DNA of 64,000 nt from assembly GCA_964016885.1 (NCBI GenBank), contig OZ024741.1, positions 177,134,001 through 177,198,000 of the forward strand, read 5' to 3'. The DNA is from Eledone cirrhosa. Lineage: Eukaryota. The position numbers and the translations under genes are program-made. The notes under the pieces are model-generated. The model searched no databases and was not told where the DNA came from. It saw only the letters and a program-made list of their open reading frames with translations. Of this stretch, positions 1-11,660 are shown in pieces (the first letter of the stretch is position 1; each line of letters starts with the position of its first letter).

Positions 1-36
1 ATTTCTATATTTTCATTTATATATATATATATAAGA

Positions 37-450
37 CGAAACATAAGTCAGTTGCATGAACTCATAATCCTTTATTTACTGCTATATATATTTCGATGAT
101 AGCCATTGAATGGCTATGACCTCATCAGGCATTTAGTCAGTTCTTAGATATGCCAGCTTTGTGTATATAGTGTTGATGGTATCAGAGCTTTGTGACATAT
201 GTCCCAAGGCTCTGATACCATGCACACTATAAACACAGAGCTGGCATATCTAAGAACTGACTAAATGCCTGATGAGGTAATAGCCATTCAATGGCTATCA
301 TCGAAATATATATAGCAGTAAATAAAGGATTATGAGTTCATGCAATTGACTTATGTTTCCTCACTATTATAACTCCGGAACATATATCTTCGTTGAGTGC
401 TCCCTATCCGCATACTGAAGTACTGGATTTTACCAACACTTACTTTCTTG
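37..450 (+). mobile_element. Non-coding PLE pLTR-like fold-back element (arms ~37-197 / 198-359, unique tail to ~450) next to (TA)n
   Basis: Near-perfect inverted repeat centred on GACATATGTC (~193-202) with a hammerhead motif in each arm; a second copy of the sense arm lies at ~17540-17705. Confidence 0.75.
266..317 (+). ncRNA. Type I minimal hammerhead ribozyme motif (mirror copy 80-131 on -)
   Basis: TGC-CTGATGA-[stem II ATAGCCAT/ATGGCTAT]-GAAA-TATATATA-GCA: intact core, pairable stem I, palindromic stem III. Confidence 0.75.
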
Positions 451-1036
451 CTTATATATATATGAAATATAGACAACCTATGTATTTCTGGGGTTACCTA
501 GTACCCTTAGACATATTAACTTTATTCATTATACTCCGTTATGTAGAGAACAAATCTGTTGTTCTATTTAGCTGCTATTTTTTTAGTAGCAACTATAGAC
601 AACAAGTCTTTGGTTTCCCGCCTTCACTTCAGTCCGGCGTACATACAGGTCACTTTTACGACCTTTCAGGCCTGTGTGAGCTGGCGAAGAGGTCATATAT
701 TTTATCGTTCCTAGGTTTTTAACCCTAGGAAAGGAAAATGCTTCTCTGATTATCTTTGTTTTTCCATTATTATCCATAGGATATTAATGCAAAGTGAAAC
801 TGTACAGAAAGGGCCATCTGAGTAGGTAAATATTTATATTATATTTTTTAATTTTAATTAATTTTAATTTTAAATTAATTTTGATTTATTTTGAAAAATT
901 GTTTGAATTTTACTTGTTCTGCTTATCTTGATATATATATATATATATTTCTATATATATATTTCTATATTTTCATTTATATATATATATAATGAAAAGA
1001 TGAAAAATATAAGTTTTCGCCCGTAACTTTTATTTT

Positions 1037-1566
1037 TCATTTTTTCATTATACTTAATTGCAACCACACGGCTTGCCATTTTATTCATATAAGCTTCATT
1101 CGCCGCTGTAATCCGTCTCTTTTCTCTCCTCTTGTTGCTATCCTATCTCTCTCCCTTCTCTCTCATTCTCCCTCTTACTTTCGCTCACCCCCTGTGCTAG
1201 TCACCTTCTCTCGGCTAGCCTGCCACTATAACTATCTCTTTCTCGCTACCTCTTACTTTCACCCACTCCCTCTCTGGTAGTCATCCTCTCTCCGATAGCT
1301 CACTTCCTCCCTCGCCCGCCATTGTAAGCAGTCTCTACTCTCGCTAACAGGTCTATAGTGAAGACGTGTCTTTTTTCTCTCGTCAAACTCGCCAGTTCTT
1401 ATGTTCGAAATGAGTTGTTGACTTGATACTTTTCCTATTTTTCCTCTCTTTACGTTGCTTCACCCATCGTGTCTGTTTACATACCCACCCCCCTTTTTAT
1501 CCCAATAATGTATTTTCATTATTTTTATTATACTTAAATGCAGCCACACATCTCGCCATTTTATTC

Positions 1567-1570
<4 letters not shown>
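1037..1570. repeat. Terminally redundant non-coding unit (~480 bp period), PLE pLTR-like
   Basis: ATTATACTTAAxTGCAxCCACAC...GCCATTTTATTCATAT occurs at ~1037-1090 and ~1515-1570; flanked by (TA)n. Confidence 0.5.
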
Positions 1571-1598
<28 letters not shown>

Positions 1599-1609
1599 AT
1601 ATTATTAGA

Positions 1610-2494
1610 TTTAACATCGTTCTAGCGGGTCCGGGTGAGTTTTTTACATTCATTTAAATTATTAAATTATTCATATTGTATTTGAGTGACCCGAATCTTC
1701 CTGGTCGTACTTTTTCGGCTGCATGGGTGATTTTAGGCATGATCTCTATGTGTTTGTATTTTAACGATAGTTATAGCTCTGATTTTTCCAAATTATTGAG
1801 CCCTCTGCCACATATATCGGATATTGTTTATCGTGATTTCGTGAGCTGATATTCCGATTCTCGATTATTCTACTATATTTAGCTCTAGACCCTAGCTATT
1901 GACCAGTTAATTTTATTGATGATTTTTTTGTTGATCTTATTGACTGATGAATAGCTCTTGTTTATTTTAACATGTCTGTTGAGCACTCTGATTCGATATG
2001 TGATAATTTGTATTCTTACATAATTTACACATCACCGAATTCTTTCGCTAATATAAGGGTCCCCTCCTTTGCTGAATACCATGTGCGTTGTTTGGCTTCG
2101 GGTCCCTTCTGTATTATGGAACGAAATACTCGTTGAAGAAGCCTTTCCTCGTTCGTCTCTTCTCTAGAAGTCTTATATATTTTTTATGTGGGCTGATCGG
2201 ATTAAGGAATTGCAGAAACCCAAGAAGCTAGCTTTAACATCGTTCTAGCGGGTCCGGGTGAGTTTTTTACATTCATTTAAATTATTAAATTATTGATATT
2301 TTATTTGAGTGACCCGAATCTTCCTGGTCGTTCTTTTTCGGCTGCATGGATGATTTTAGGCATGATCTCTATGTGTTGGTATTTTAACGATAGTTATAGC
2401 TTTGATTTTTTCCAAATTATTGAGCCCCCTGCCACATATATCGGATATTGTTTATCGTGATTTCATGGGCTGATATTCCGATTCTCGATTATTC

Positions 2495-2499
<5 letters not shown>
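1610..2499. repeat. Partial tandem repeat, 623 bp period (1610-1876 repeated at 2233-2499), flanked by (TA)n
   Basis: Direct ~267 bp repeat beginning TTTAACATCGTTCTAGCGGGTCCGGG and ending TCGATTATTCTACTAT. Confidence 0.85.
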
Positions 2500-2532
<33 letters not shown>

Positions 2533-2918
2533 GAGTGAGTGAGTTAGTGGGTGAGATGTGTGGTTGAGTTGGTGTCTTTGTGTGTCTGTGTGTGGTGGGG
2601 TCCATTGCGGCACACGAGAGAAACAGAGGGTAAACGAACAAAAGTATATATTTTCCTCGTCAACCAACCTTCTATTAGAATTTAATACTACAAACATACA
2701 CATATTTATTTTTAACTTAGGTATTTGTTGCTATTCTCTGCCCAAATTCTGCAAATGCACAACACCTTCAAAGTCCAATAAATTAATTGCCACTCTGGGA
2801 CAACAAACTCATTGCGTGTTTCATTGAGTATTGATCGGGGTTTACTCAAGTCGATCTATGTGTTCTCACTTCATACAAGTATCTCTTCGATAAACTCCTA
2901 TATATATATATACATACA

Positions 2919-3002
<84 letters not shown>

Positions 3003-3091
3003 GTAAAAAATTGAACGGGAACAAAACAGAGAGGCAGTACGAACAAAGGTTTATTAGTGTCACGCTCTTGAGAGTGGGGTGGTGGTGGGGA

Positions 3092-3123
3092 ACGACGTTT
3101 CGGGCATAATCCCTTCTTCAGGT
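3092..3123 (-). ncRNA. Minimal hammerhead ribozyme motif at the PLE 3' end
   Basis: Minus strand reads AC-CTGAAGA-AGGG-ATTATG-CCC-GAAA-CGTC-GT, the typical PLE minimal form. Confidence 0.8.
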
Positions 3124-4579
3124 GAAAAGTGTGTGGGAAGAGAGTTCGAAGGGTGGGTAGGGGAGTGGTGGAGAGACATATAGAACAAATGGGATGAGAA
3201 GAAACGGTACAAATGAAATTAAATATAAAAGCATAATAAAAATAAAAATAAACATGAAGTAAAACAGGTGGAGGAAGGGTGTGGGTCGTGTAGGGGTGGT
3301 GGCTGGTGGAATGGAGAGAGGAAGGCGGGGTGTCCGAGCGGGGAGAGCTGAAGATGGTGTGTGTGTGTGTAGGTGTACGTGTGTGTGTATGTGAAAGTAA
3401 GCGTTGGGGGAAGAACGGTGTTGCATGTTCAGGAAGAGGTGTGTGTGTGCGTGTGTGTAGGTCAGTGTGTGTGTGCGTGTGTGGATGGGGAGGGGTCAGA
3501 GGGGTGGGGGGAGAGGAGTCCGGAGGCTGAGTGTGTAAATATGTGGTGGTACGCACGTGTGTGTGGTCTTTATGCGTGTTGTGGATGTAGGTGGCGTGTG
3601 GGAAACAAAATTTGTTGAGTGTATGTCAGTGGGTGAGTCCTTAAGGTAGTTCCGTAGACGATGTGGTGGAATGCTGGGTAATATCCTTGGGATGTGGTTG
3701 ATTCTAGGGATCGATTTCCAATATGTGTAATCCGTGGTTGGGTTGGTCGGAAGAGGGGAGATGTGGGGTACACACGCAACAGGAAGTGGTCAGAGGGTCA
3801 AGGCAAGAGGAGGGTAGTGTGTCTGTGTGTGCGGGGTGGTGGTCAGAGATAAGGGCATAGCAGCAGTCGGTGTGTCAGTGTGTGTGGAGGTGCGGTGGAC
3901 GGAGGAGAGGATGGGTAGGTGTGAAAGTTGGAGTGAGGAGGGTGTGTGTGTGTATTAGTAGAGGTGTTAGTGGGATGTGTGTGTGTGAGAAAGGGTGTGG
4001 GTGGAGCGGCGAGAGAATGGTGTGGGGGCCGGAGGAGGGAGTGTAGTTTACTGGTGTGTGTGTGCGTGTTTGGATGAGTGTGGGTGTGGTGAAGGGGGTG
4101 TTAGTGGGTGTTAGTATATTGGTGGTGGGGAAAGGATTGAATGCGGGTGTGAGTGGGGGTCAGTGGTGGTAGGGTGTGTAGAGTGGGTGGTGTAAGTGGG
4201 TGTCTGTGTTGGTGTGCGTAGGGTTGCGGGGTGTTAGTGATGTTAGTTGCGTGTAGAGTGGGTGGTGTAAGTGGGTGTGTGTGTTCGTGTGCGGGGGTTT
4301 TAGTGATGTTAGTTGCGGGGTGGTGGGGTGGATGTGTGGGGGTGAGGGTTAGTGGTGGTAGTAGGGTGTGTGTTTAGTGTGAGTGCGTCTATATATGTAC
4401 GGGTGGGTGTGTGCGTGTGATAAGGGGAGGGGGACAGAAGAAGGGAGGGATGTTAGTATGTTAGTTGGGGAAGGGTGGTCGGGTGTGGGGTGGAGGTGTT
4501 AGTATTGTTAGTTGTGGGGTGGGCGGTGAAAAGGAGGGGTGTATAGGTGGTGTTAGTGGGGGATATGTGTGGGGGGAGG

Positions 4580-6445
4580 GGGGCGTTCGAAGGCTAAAGG
4601 AATAAGGGTGCCGAGTCAGGCCGGGGGAGTGTGGGTCTGTAGGGTGAAGATGGTTCGTTGTTCGACCCTGAGGAGAGTGGCGGGTGTTCCGTGGCATTGG
4701 AGTAGGCCACAGACTGTGAGGTGGTACGCGGAATGTCCAGGGGCACCAAAGTGGCGGGTGATGGGGAACTACCACCGAGACGAATATCTCGGAGGTGTTC
4801 GGTAAACCGCTCCGCCAGGCGATAACCAGTCTGTCCGACGTAGGTTGCGAAGTCCGTAGACTAGGTTGGAGGAGGTGCAGCGGAAGGCATGCCTGACAGA
4901 GAGAGAGTGGCCGTTGGGGCCCTGGAAGGTGGTGGTGTTGGTGATGTGGGGACAGGTGTTGCAAAGGGGTCTGGAACAGGGAAGGGAACCGGGGGGTTGG
5001 GGGTAGGGAGCTGTGGACGAGGAGGGTGCGGATATTGCGTGCGCGTTTGAAGGAGGGATGTGGTTGGACTGGGAATATGTGGGAGGTGGAGGGGTCGGAC
5101 TGGAGGCGTCGGAAGAGGCGGAGGATGGTGCGGTGGATGGGTATGGTGGAGGGGTGGTAGGTGATGGGGAAGAGGAGCCGGTGGGTGTGTGTGCGGTGGC
5201 GTAAGGTGAGGGTGGTGGAGCTGTGGACAGCACGGGCGCGGGTGAGAGCGGTGTGGACGAGAGAGGGGGGGTCTGGGAACCTCTGCGGATGAAATCGCTG
5301 ACTAGGGAAAAGGCCTGGGACTCAAAGTCAGCATCTCGGCTACAGAGGCGGCGGATCCTGAGGAGTTGGGAGTAGGGAATAGAGTGTTTAGTGTGTGTAG
5401 GTGGGAAGAGGTGAAATCGAGGTAGGAGTGGGAGTCGGTGGGTTTGAAGAAGGCGGAGGTGACGAGGGAGTGTTGGGAGGGATAGAAGGCGACGGAGATG
5501 TCTAAGAAGTAGACGTGGATGGTGGAGATAGAGGTGGTGAAGTGGAGGGAGGGGTGGAATGAGCAGAAGAAGGAGAGAAAGGAGTCGAGCTGTTCTCGGG
5601 TGAGGGTCGTGGCTCCGATACAGTCGTCGATGTAACGACCGTACAATTCGGGCGTGGGGCCGGTGTACTGGGAAAAGATTTGGGCCTCAACATGTCCAAC
5701 AAAAAGGTTGGCATAGTTTGGGCCCATTCTTGTACCCATGGCTACCAGCGTGACCTGTTGGTAAAACACACCCGAGAAGGAGAAACAGTTGAGGGTGAGG
5801 ACCAGCTCGGCGAGGCGAAGGAGGGTGGGGTGGAGGGGATGGGGGAGGGGCGAAGGTCGAGGTAGTGCTTGAGGGCACGTAGGCCATCGGCCTGGGGAAT
5901 GAGGGTATAGAGGGTCTTGATATCTAGGGTGAAGAGTAAGGGCTGTGGGCCGGGTGGATAGGTGAAGGAGTCGAAAAGGCGCAGGGCATGGTTGGTGTCG
6001 GAGATGTGGGAGGGGAGGTTGGTGACAAGGGGGGCGAGGATGGAGTGAAGAAAGGCGGAGATGAGTTCGGTGGGGCAGTTGCAAGCGGAGACGATGGGGT
6101 GGCCGGGGTTGTCGGGTTTGTGGTGCTTGGGGAGGAGGTAGATGGTGTGGGTGCGGGGGTGCGGACGATGAGGTGGGAAGCGGTGGGGGGGGAACAAGGT
6201 GTTGGATGGTGGAGGAATCTTGATGTTGGTAGAGGGGTGTGGGATCGGAGGGTAGAGGGCGGTAGAAGAGGCGGTTAAGGAGCTGCCTGAGGGCCTCGGC
6301 CGTGTAGAGGTCCGCGGGCCACACCACCACGGCGCCTTCCTTGTCCGCCGGTTTGATGACGATGTCATCTCGGCTACGGAGGGAGCGGAGAGCGAGGAGT
6401 TCGCCCCGTGAGATGTTATTCCGTTTGGAACGGTGGCGGAAGTCG

Positions 6446-6446
<1 letters not shown>
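4580..6446 (-). pseudogene. Frameshifted PLE reverse transcriptase + GIY-YIG endonuclease
   Basis: IYLLPKHHKPDNPGHPIVSACNCPTELIS, LDIKTLYTLIP, AMGTRMGPNYANLFVG, GRYIDD, FLDISV, KPTDSHSYL, CNTCPHI and FRCTSSNLVY are spread over ORFs 5742-6659, 5302-6330 and 4769-5233. Confidence 0.9.
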
Positions 6447-6485
<39 letters not shown>

Positions 6486-6504
6486 GTATGTGTGTGTGTG
6501 TGTG

Positions 6505-7180
6505 TAAGGCATTGGATATGCGGTATCGTCGGATCCTAAGCCAAAATGATTTGCGATTTTGGTAATGGATCTTGTCGTTCTGAGGTTAAGTAAAGCGGAT
6601 GTCCATTTTAGCATTTCTCTTTTGATTCGGGATAAAATAAAATATTCGAGGATTTGCATCGTACAAAATAATTCAATATATTGGTTCTGTATAATTGTGT
6701 TTTCTGTTCAAATTGTCTACTCGGTAGTGAATGACTATTCCATATTCCATAACCATTCTCGAAAGGTTTTCTCTTCCAGTTTACAGTGATCAATAATCAA
6801 CCACATCGCCAAGGAAATTTGCACATTTTTACATGATTACCAGTAGTAAATTTTTAGTTATTGATCCCTGGTCAAACAGTAGTGTGGATGGATGATGTTT
6901 TCTCCAAGCATAAGGACCTCTTCGACCTCTGAATGCAGATAGGGTGGAAGAGCCTGGACGTGTGTGTGTGAAGATAATCTGAGAGGTTACTGCCGTTACA
7001 ATCTCCATTGCGCTATGTGGTTGTACGTAAAACTTCTCATGGGTAGATGTGATGGTATGTGTTCTGTAGTGGGGAGTTAGGAAACAACATTTTGGGAAAT
7101 GGGAAGTTATGGTGAAGAGGAATATTGCAAACGTTTTTAAACAGTTTGGAGGCATAGGAAAATCGTATTTGTTATGCTTC
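6505..7180 (-). pseudogene. Possible highly decayed PLE GIY-YIG region
   Basis: Weak traces only: RTNILNYFVRCKSSNILF...SKREML...KIANHF. Confidence 0.3.
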
Positions 7181-7800
7181 ATAAAAGAGGATGGTAAAAT
7201 AAAATTAATTAAGAAACAGTCTAATGAAGAGAGGTTAGATGACGGAGAGTGGGAGAAAGAGAAAAAGAGGACGTTTTAGTATTTTTTTACTCGTAGATAG
7301 TTTACAGACATACTTCAAGCGTATTTACAATGTTTTGCAGAGGATAGAGATAGAGAGGGCAAAATGAAATCATATATTTACAGAGGAAGAGAAAGAAAGA
7401 GAGGGAGAGAAAGAGACAGCCTGGAGGACAGAGAGAGAGAATGAGAGATATAGATAGATAGAAAGAGATGGGTCTTGAGAACAAGAGGAAGTGACAGAAG
7501 GCATATAAAAGTTGAATTTTGTATTTCTTTTGTTTCGATCGTTCAGTGACATAGTCTCATCATACGGACAAAAAGAAGATGAGAAAAGTAATAAAACAAA
7601 TTAAATAGTAAGAAAATAAACAGAAGAGACAGCGATATATATGATTTTAAAATAGATGTTTTAGATAGTTCCATGAGGTAGGTAACATTTTATTTTCCGT
7701 TGATGTATTTAACAGCATGGTGACCTCCCATTTACGAGCTGTATGGGAATATGAACAGAGCAACGGAGGGGATTAGAGTGCAATAAGGAGAGAGAGGAAG

Positions 7801-7831
<31 letters not shown>

Positions 7832-8014
7832 TAGTTAGAGAGAGAGATAGAGAAAGAGAGGCATAGAGAAAGAGAGGTGGAGAGAGAGAAAAGAGAAAGA
7901 GAGAGAGAGTGAGAAAGAAGAGGTTCTTTAGATAGTTCAGACATATTGTTAAACACATTATGATGGTTATATATACATATACACATACATATATGCAGAC
8001 ATATACGTACCCAA

Positions 8015-8062
<48 letters not shown>

Positions 8063-8066
<4 letters not shown>

Positions 8067-9261
8067 TAAGTTAAAGTGTACATCTACATATGTATACGGA
8101 AGTATTAGTATGCATATAAATACACACATGTATACATATGTACATGTACTCAGTTTTTCACTAGACACTTTACAGTGAGTGTCAGCTAGTCTGTATGTAA
8201 CCACACAGACGGACCGGGTTTTAGAGTCATACGAGTTTTCAAGGAAACACATTTCCTCTATTCTCCAGAGGGCCAGACAGGAATATTGGACTAGTTTCGA
8301 TGTTATTACATCTCATCAGCAATATTTACCCATCTTCCGGCTTCTCTGGAGAATTGTAAAAGCACATATCGTTATATGCTTTTTCTATGAAAATTAGTAG
8401 TGGGTAGACTAATTTGCATAGAACGTGAGTCATTGTACGCACCGGTTCAGCGGAAACGATAAAAACAAATAACGAAACGAAATTAAATTTCGTTTCGCTT
8501 CTAACTCACTTTTGTATGACTGACGCTTAAACAATTAAGTTAAAGTGTACATCTACATATGTATACGGAAGTATTAGTATGCATATAAATACACACAGAC
8601 TAGCTGACACTCACTGTAAAGTGTCTAGTGAAAAACTGAGTACATGTACATATGTATACATGTGTGTATTTATATGCATACTAATACTTCCGTATACATA
8701 TGTAGATGTACACTTTAACTTAATTGTTTAAGCGTCAGTCATACAAAAGTGAGTTAGAAGCGAAACGAAATTTAATTTCGTTTCGTTATTTGTTTTTATC
8801 GTTTCCGCTGAACCGGTGCGTACAATGACTCACGTTCTATGCAAATTAGTCTACCCACTACTAATTTTCATAGAAAAAGCATATAACGATATGTGCTTTT
8901 ACAATTCTCCAGAGAAGCCGGAAGATGGGTAAATATTGCTGATGAGATGTAATAACATCGAAACTAGTCCAATATTCCTGTCTGGCCCTCTGGAGAATAG
9001 AGGAAATATGTTTCCTTGAAATCTCGTATGACTCTAAAACCCGGTCCGTCTGTGTGGTTACATACAGACTAGCTGACACTCACTGTAAAGTGTCTAGTGA
9101 AAAACTGAGTACATGTACATATGTATACATGTGTGTATTTATATGCATACTAATACTTTCGTATACATATCTAGATGTACACTTTAACTTAATTGTTTAA
9201 GCGTCAGTCATACAAAAGTGAGTTAGAAGCGAAACGAAATTTAATTTCGTTTCGTTATTTG

Positions 9262-9268
<7 letters not shown>
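8063..9268 (+). mobile_element. Non-coding 469-bp hammerhead-bearing unit: ~1.4 monomers sense (8596-9268) preceded by ~1.1 monomers inverted (8063-8596), in (TA)n
   Basis: CAATTAAGTT at 8063 and 8532; CAGACTAGCTG at 8596 and 9065 (both period 469); mirror ORFs 8179-8397 / 8861-9079 confirm the inversion. Confidence 0.85.
8932..8976 (+). ncRNA. Type I minimal hammerhead ribozyme (mirror copy 8282-8326 on -)
   Basis: AATATTG-CTGATGA-GATGT-AATA-ACATC-GAAA-CTAG-TC-CAATATT: 7-bp stem I, 5-bp stem II, palindromic ACTAGT stem III, GUC cleavage triplet. Confidence 0.92.
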
Positions 9269-9320
<52 letters not shown>

Positions 9321-9324
<4 letters not shown>

Positions 9325-9649
9325 AGATGAAATCGAAAATGCAACTGGAGTCTTATTTTTTTTTTAAATATACATATTTATTTGGTTCCTTTACCGATTT
9401 CGCTGTTCCTCTGCTTTTCAAAAGGTGAGTTGAGATGGAGGGTCTGTGGTTTTTCTCACAGACCCTCCATCTCAACTCACCTTTTGAAAAGCAGAAGAAC
9501 TGCGAAACCGGTAAAGGAACCAAATAAATATATATATTTTTAAAAAAAATAAGACTCTAGTTGCATTTTCGATCTCATCTCTTTTTCTTTATACTTTCAG
9601 TCGTGTAGGACACCTCGGTTATTTTTCATTTTGTAAAAAAAAACCTCAC

Positions 9650-9655
<6 letters not shown>
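9321..9655 (+). mobile_element. Fold-back element (arms ~9321-9449 / 9456-9583) with hammerhead-like variant at 9480-9517
   Basis: Inverted repeat between (TA)n tracts; CCTT-TTGAAAA-GCAG..CTGC-GAAA-CCGGTA-AAGG has hammerhead geometry but a non-canonical core. Confidence 0.7.
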
Positions 9656-9722
<67 letters not shown>

Positions 9723-9764
9723 TCGTGTACGTATATGTATGCATATATGTATGTGTATATGTAT

Positions 9765-10039
9765 CTATCCAGGAGACTCCAACAGTGATGATTGCATTTT
9801 TCATGGTATGTCAATATTTATTTATAAAAGTAATCTATATTATACTTTATCTGATGAAAGCGCACCATAATCTGCCTTGGTGGCCCTTGAAATATGTATA
9901 ATGAAATAAATATGATTTTATAGATAGTGTTTCAATTTGTTAATATATTGTATATTTACTCCAATTAATTTGTTGAGTGCTTTATATCAGTTATACAAAT
10001 ATTTTGCTTGTTGTATCCCAACAAATTAAATATAACCTC

Positions 10040-10042
<3 letters not shown>
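9765..10042 (+). mobile_element. Short PLE-derived repeat family 'F', copy 1, with hammerhead motif at 9847-9904
   Basis: TTAT-CTGATGA-AAG..CACCA..TGGTG..CTT-GAAA-TATGTATA-ATGA; homologous to 16230-16500, 17820-18235, 22097-22245 and 60520-60780. Confidence 0.75.
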
Positions 10043-10117
<75 letters not shown>

Positions 10118-11459
10118 TATATATATACATATAAATGCATACACGGGCACATATATACATGAATAAATCATACCTATATATTTATATATTCATAGCAACA
10201 TTTGTAAATACACATGCACACTTACATACGCACACTTAAATACTATATATGGAATGGGATTAAAAGTACAGTGAATGTTTCCAAGGGCTTCCAAACATTC
10301 TCAATTTGAGTTACCTACAATGAACACATTGAGACATGTCCAATTATAAGATGACAGCAAATACAGAAGCATACCTATATGCACATGCTGACTTAGTTAT
10401 TTAAAAAAATTCCCGAACTGTCTTAATCAAACAAAGTGATGTTAGTTTGTTAGTGATCGACTTCAATTCTTTGAAGAAGAATGGGAATATATTTGTAACA
10501 AAATATGTATTCTGCAGTAGGTTCCAGGCATTATAGAGTCCACTTCGATCACATTCGACTATAGGATTGCATCTGGAAATATAGTTTCCAAAGAGGCAAT
10601 CCTGAGAAAGGTGATTTTGTGAAAGAGCAGGAGTCGAACATGTAATGACTTCTCTTTTATTCACACCAGCAGTGATGATCAAGGAAAAAGTAAAGGCCTA
10701 TGTGTCTTGGCAGCAATGAATTTGCAGCACATTCTTCCTTCTGAATGGAGTGGAGACATTTAAATAGAGTGTCTTGCTCGTGGTCATATGGGACATTTGC
10801 TTTGAGAATCTAAATCGCGATCTTATGATCATGAGCTTATTACTAACCACTAATCTAGATTCCTTCATACAAAACGCCAGTATACCAGGTATAAAACCTG
10901 CATTATCTCTTGATCCCCAGGAGTGTGGTGTTCGTAAATGGTTAAGTATGATCATGAAGCTCTTGCTGGCGTCATAGAGCCGCTCTCATGGTTTGCTATA
11001 CGCTGTTTCGTTGACATCTTAAACCTAGTGGATTCCTTCCCATTCAAAGTCAGAACACTGCTATTTTCACCCAGAAAGGAAATAGAGTCAAAATGATTCA
11101 TGGTAAATGAGAAATAAATATAGAAGAAGAATCGACCTCTGTACTTCTCTGGCGCAGTTTCACTGATCTAGAAAAAGGAAATGCGAATGTGACATCAGTG
11201 GTATTTGAACTCAAAGCGTGGTGAGTCGGAATGAATACTGCAAAGAATTCCATCTGACGATCTGATAACGCTGCCAATGTTCTGCATTTTGAGTAAATAA
11301 GGCATACAGCAGAGTGTTCAAAATGTCTGTATACTATCTTAAGTTTATATATGTTACATAATATTTCTTGAATTAAAAACTTCTGCATGCTAATGAAAAT
11401 CGAAGAAGCAATATATGCTGTTAGTCTGTGATGAGAAATATCGAGTTGTGAATGAAGTC

Positions 11460-11660
11460 ACGCAGCCTCGTGATTATGGTACTGGATCACTCAAGAATGA
11501 AATTTCATAGGATCTATGCTTAGACTGTCTTGCAGATTGTCCTTGGGAACGACTCCCCATTTCACGCTGTCTCAGTTTATACACCTGAAAAATGACAATC
11601 GTCTGACTAGGTCTTAATACCGTGTTGGACTGGCGTTACATCCAAGAGAGAGGATTCTTC
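11460..11660 (+). mobile_element. Decayed tRNA-derived SINE (CORE-like body)
   Basis: TGTCCTTGGG..ATTTCAC..TCAG..CTGAAAATG and TGGACTGGCGT..ATCCA resemble SINE core and tail motifs. Confidence 0.4.

Larger units (their letters stand above)
3003..6446 (-). mobile_element. 5'-truncated Penelope-like retroelement (Neptune-like) between (TA)n tracts, with long CA-rich 3' region
   Basis: PLE RT and GIY-YIG motifs in broken frames, terminal hammerhead at 3092-3123, (TA)n at both ends. Confidence 0.85.

Noticed and set aside
37-359. Fold-back elements as MITEs or pre-miRNAs
   Set aside because: Arms are asymmetric with unique tails, inversion points vary among copies of one family, and hammerheads are present, which fits PLE inversion rather than TIR transposons.
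8179-9079. Two near-identical 72-aa ORFs on opposite strands
   Set aside because: By-product of the inverted duplication; GTG start, antisense to the ribozyme, no domain.
10400-11390. Higher-complexity stretch with 70-95 aa ORFs, possible host exons
   Set aside because: No recognisable domain or convincing splice structure; probably old repeat debris.
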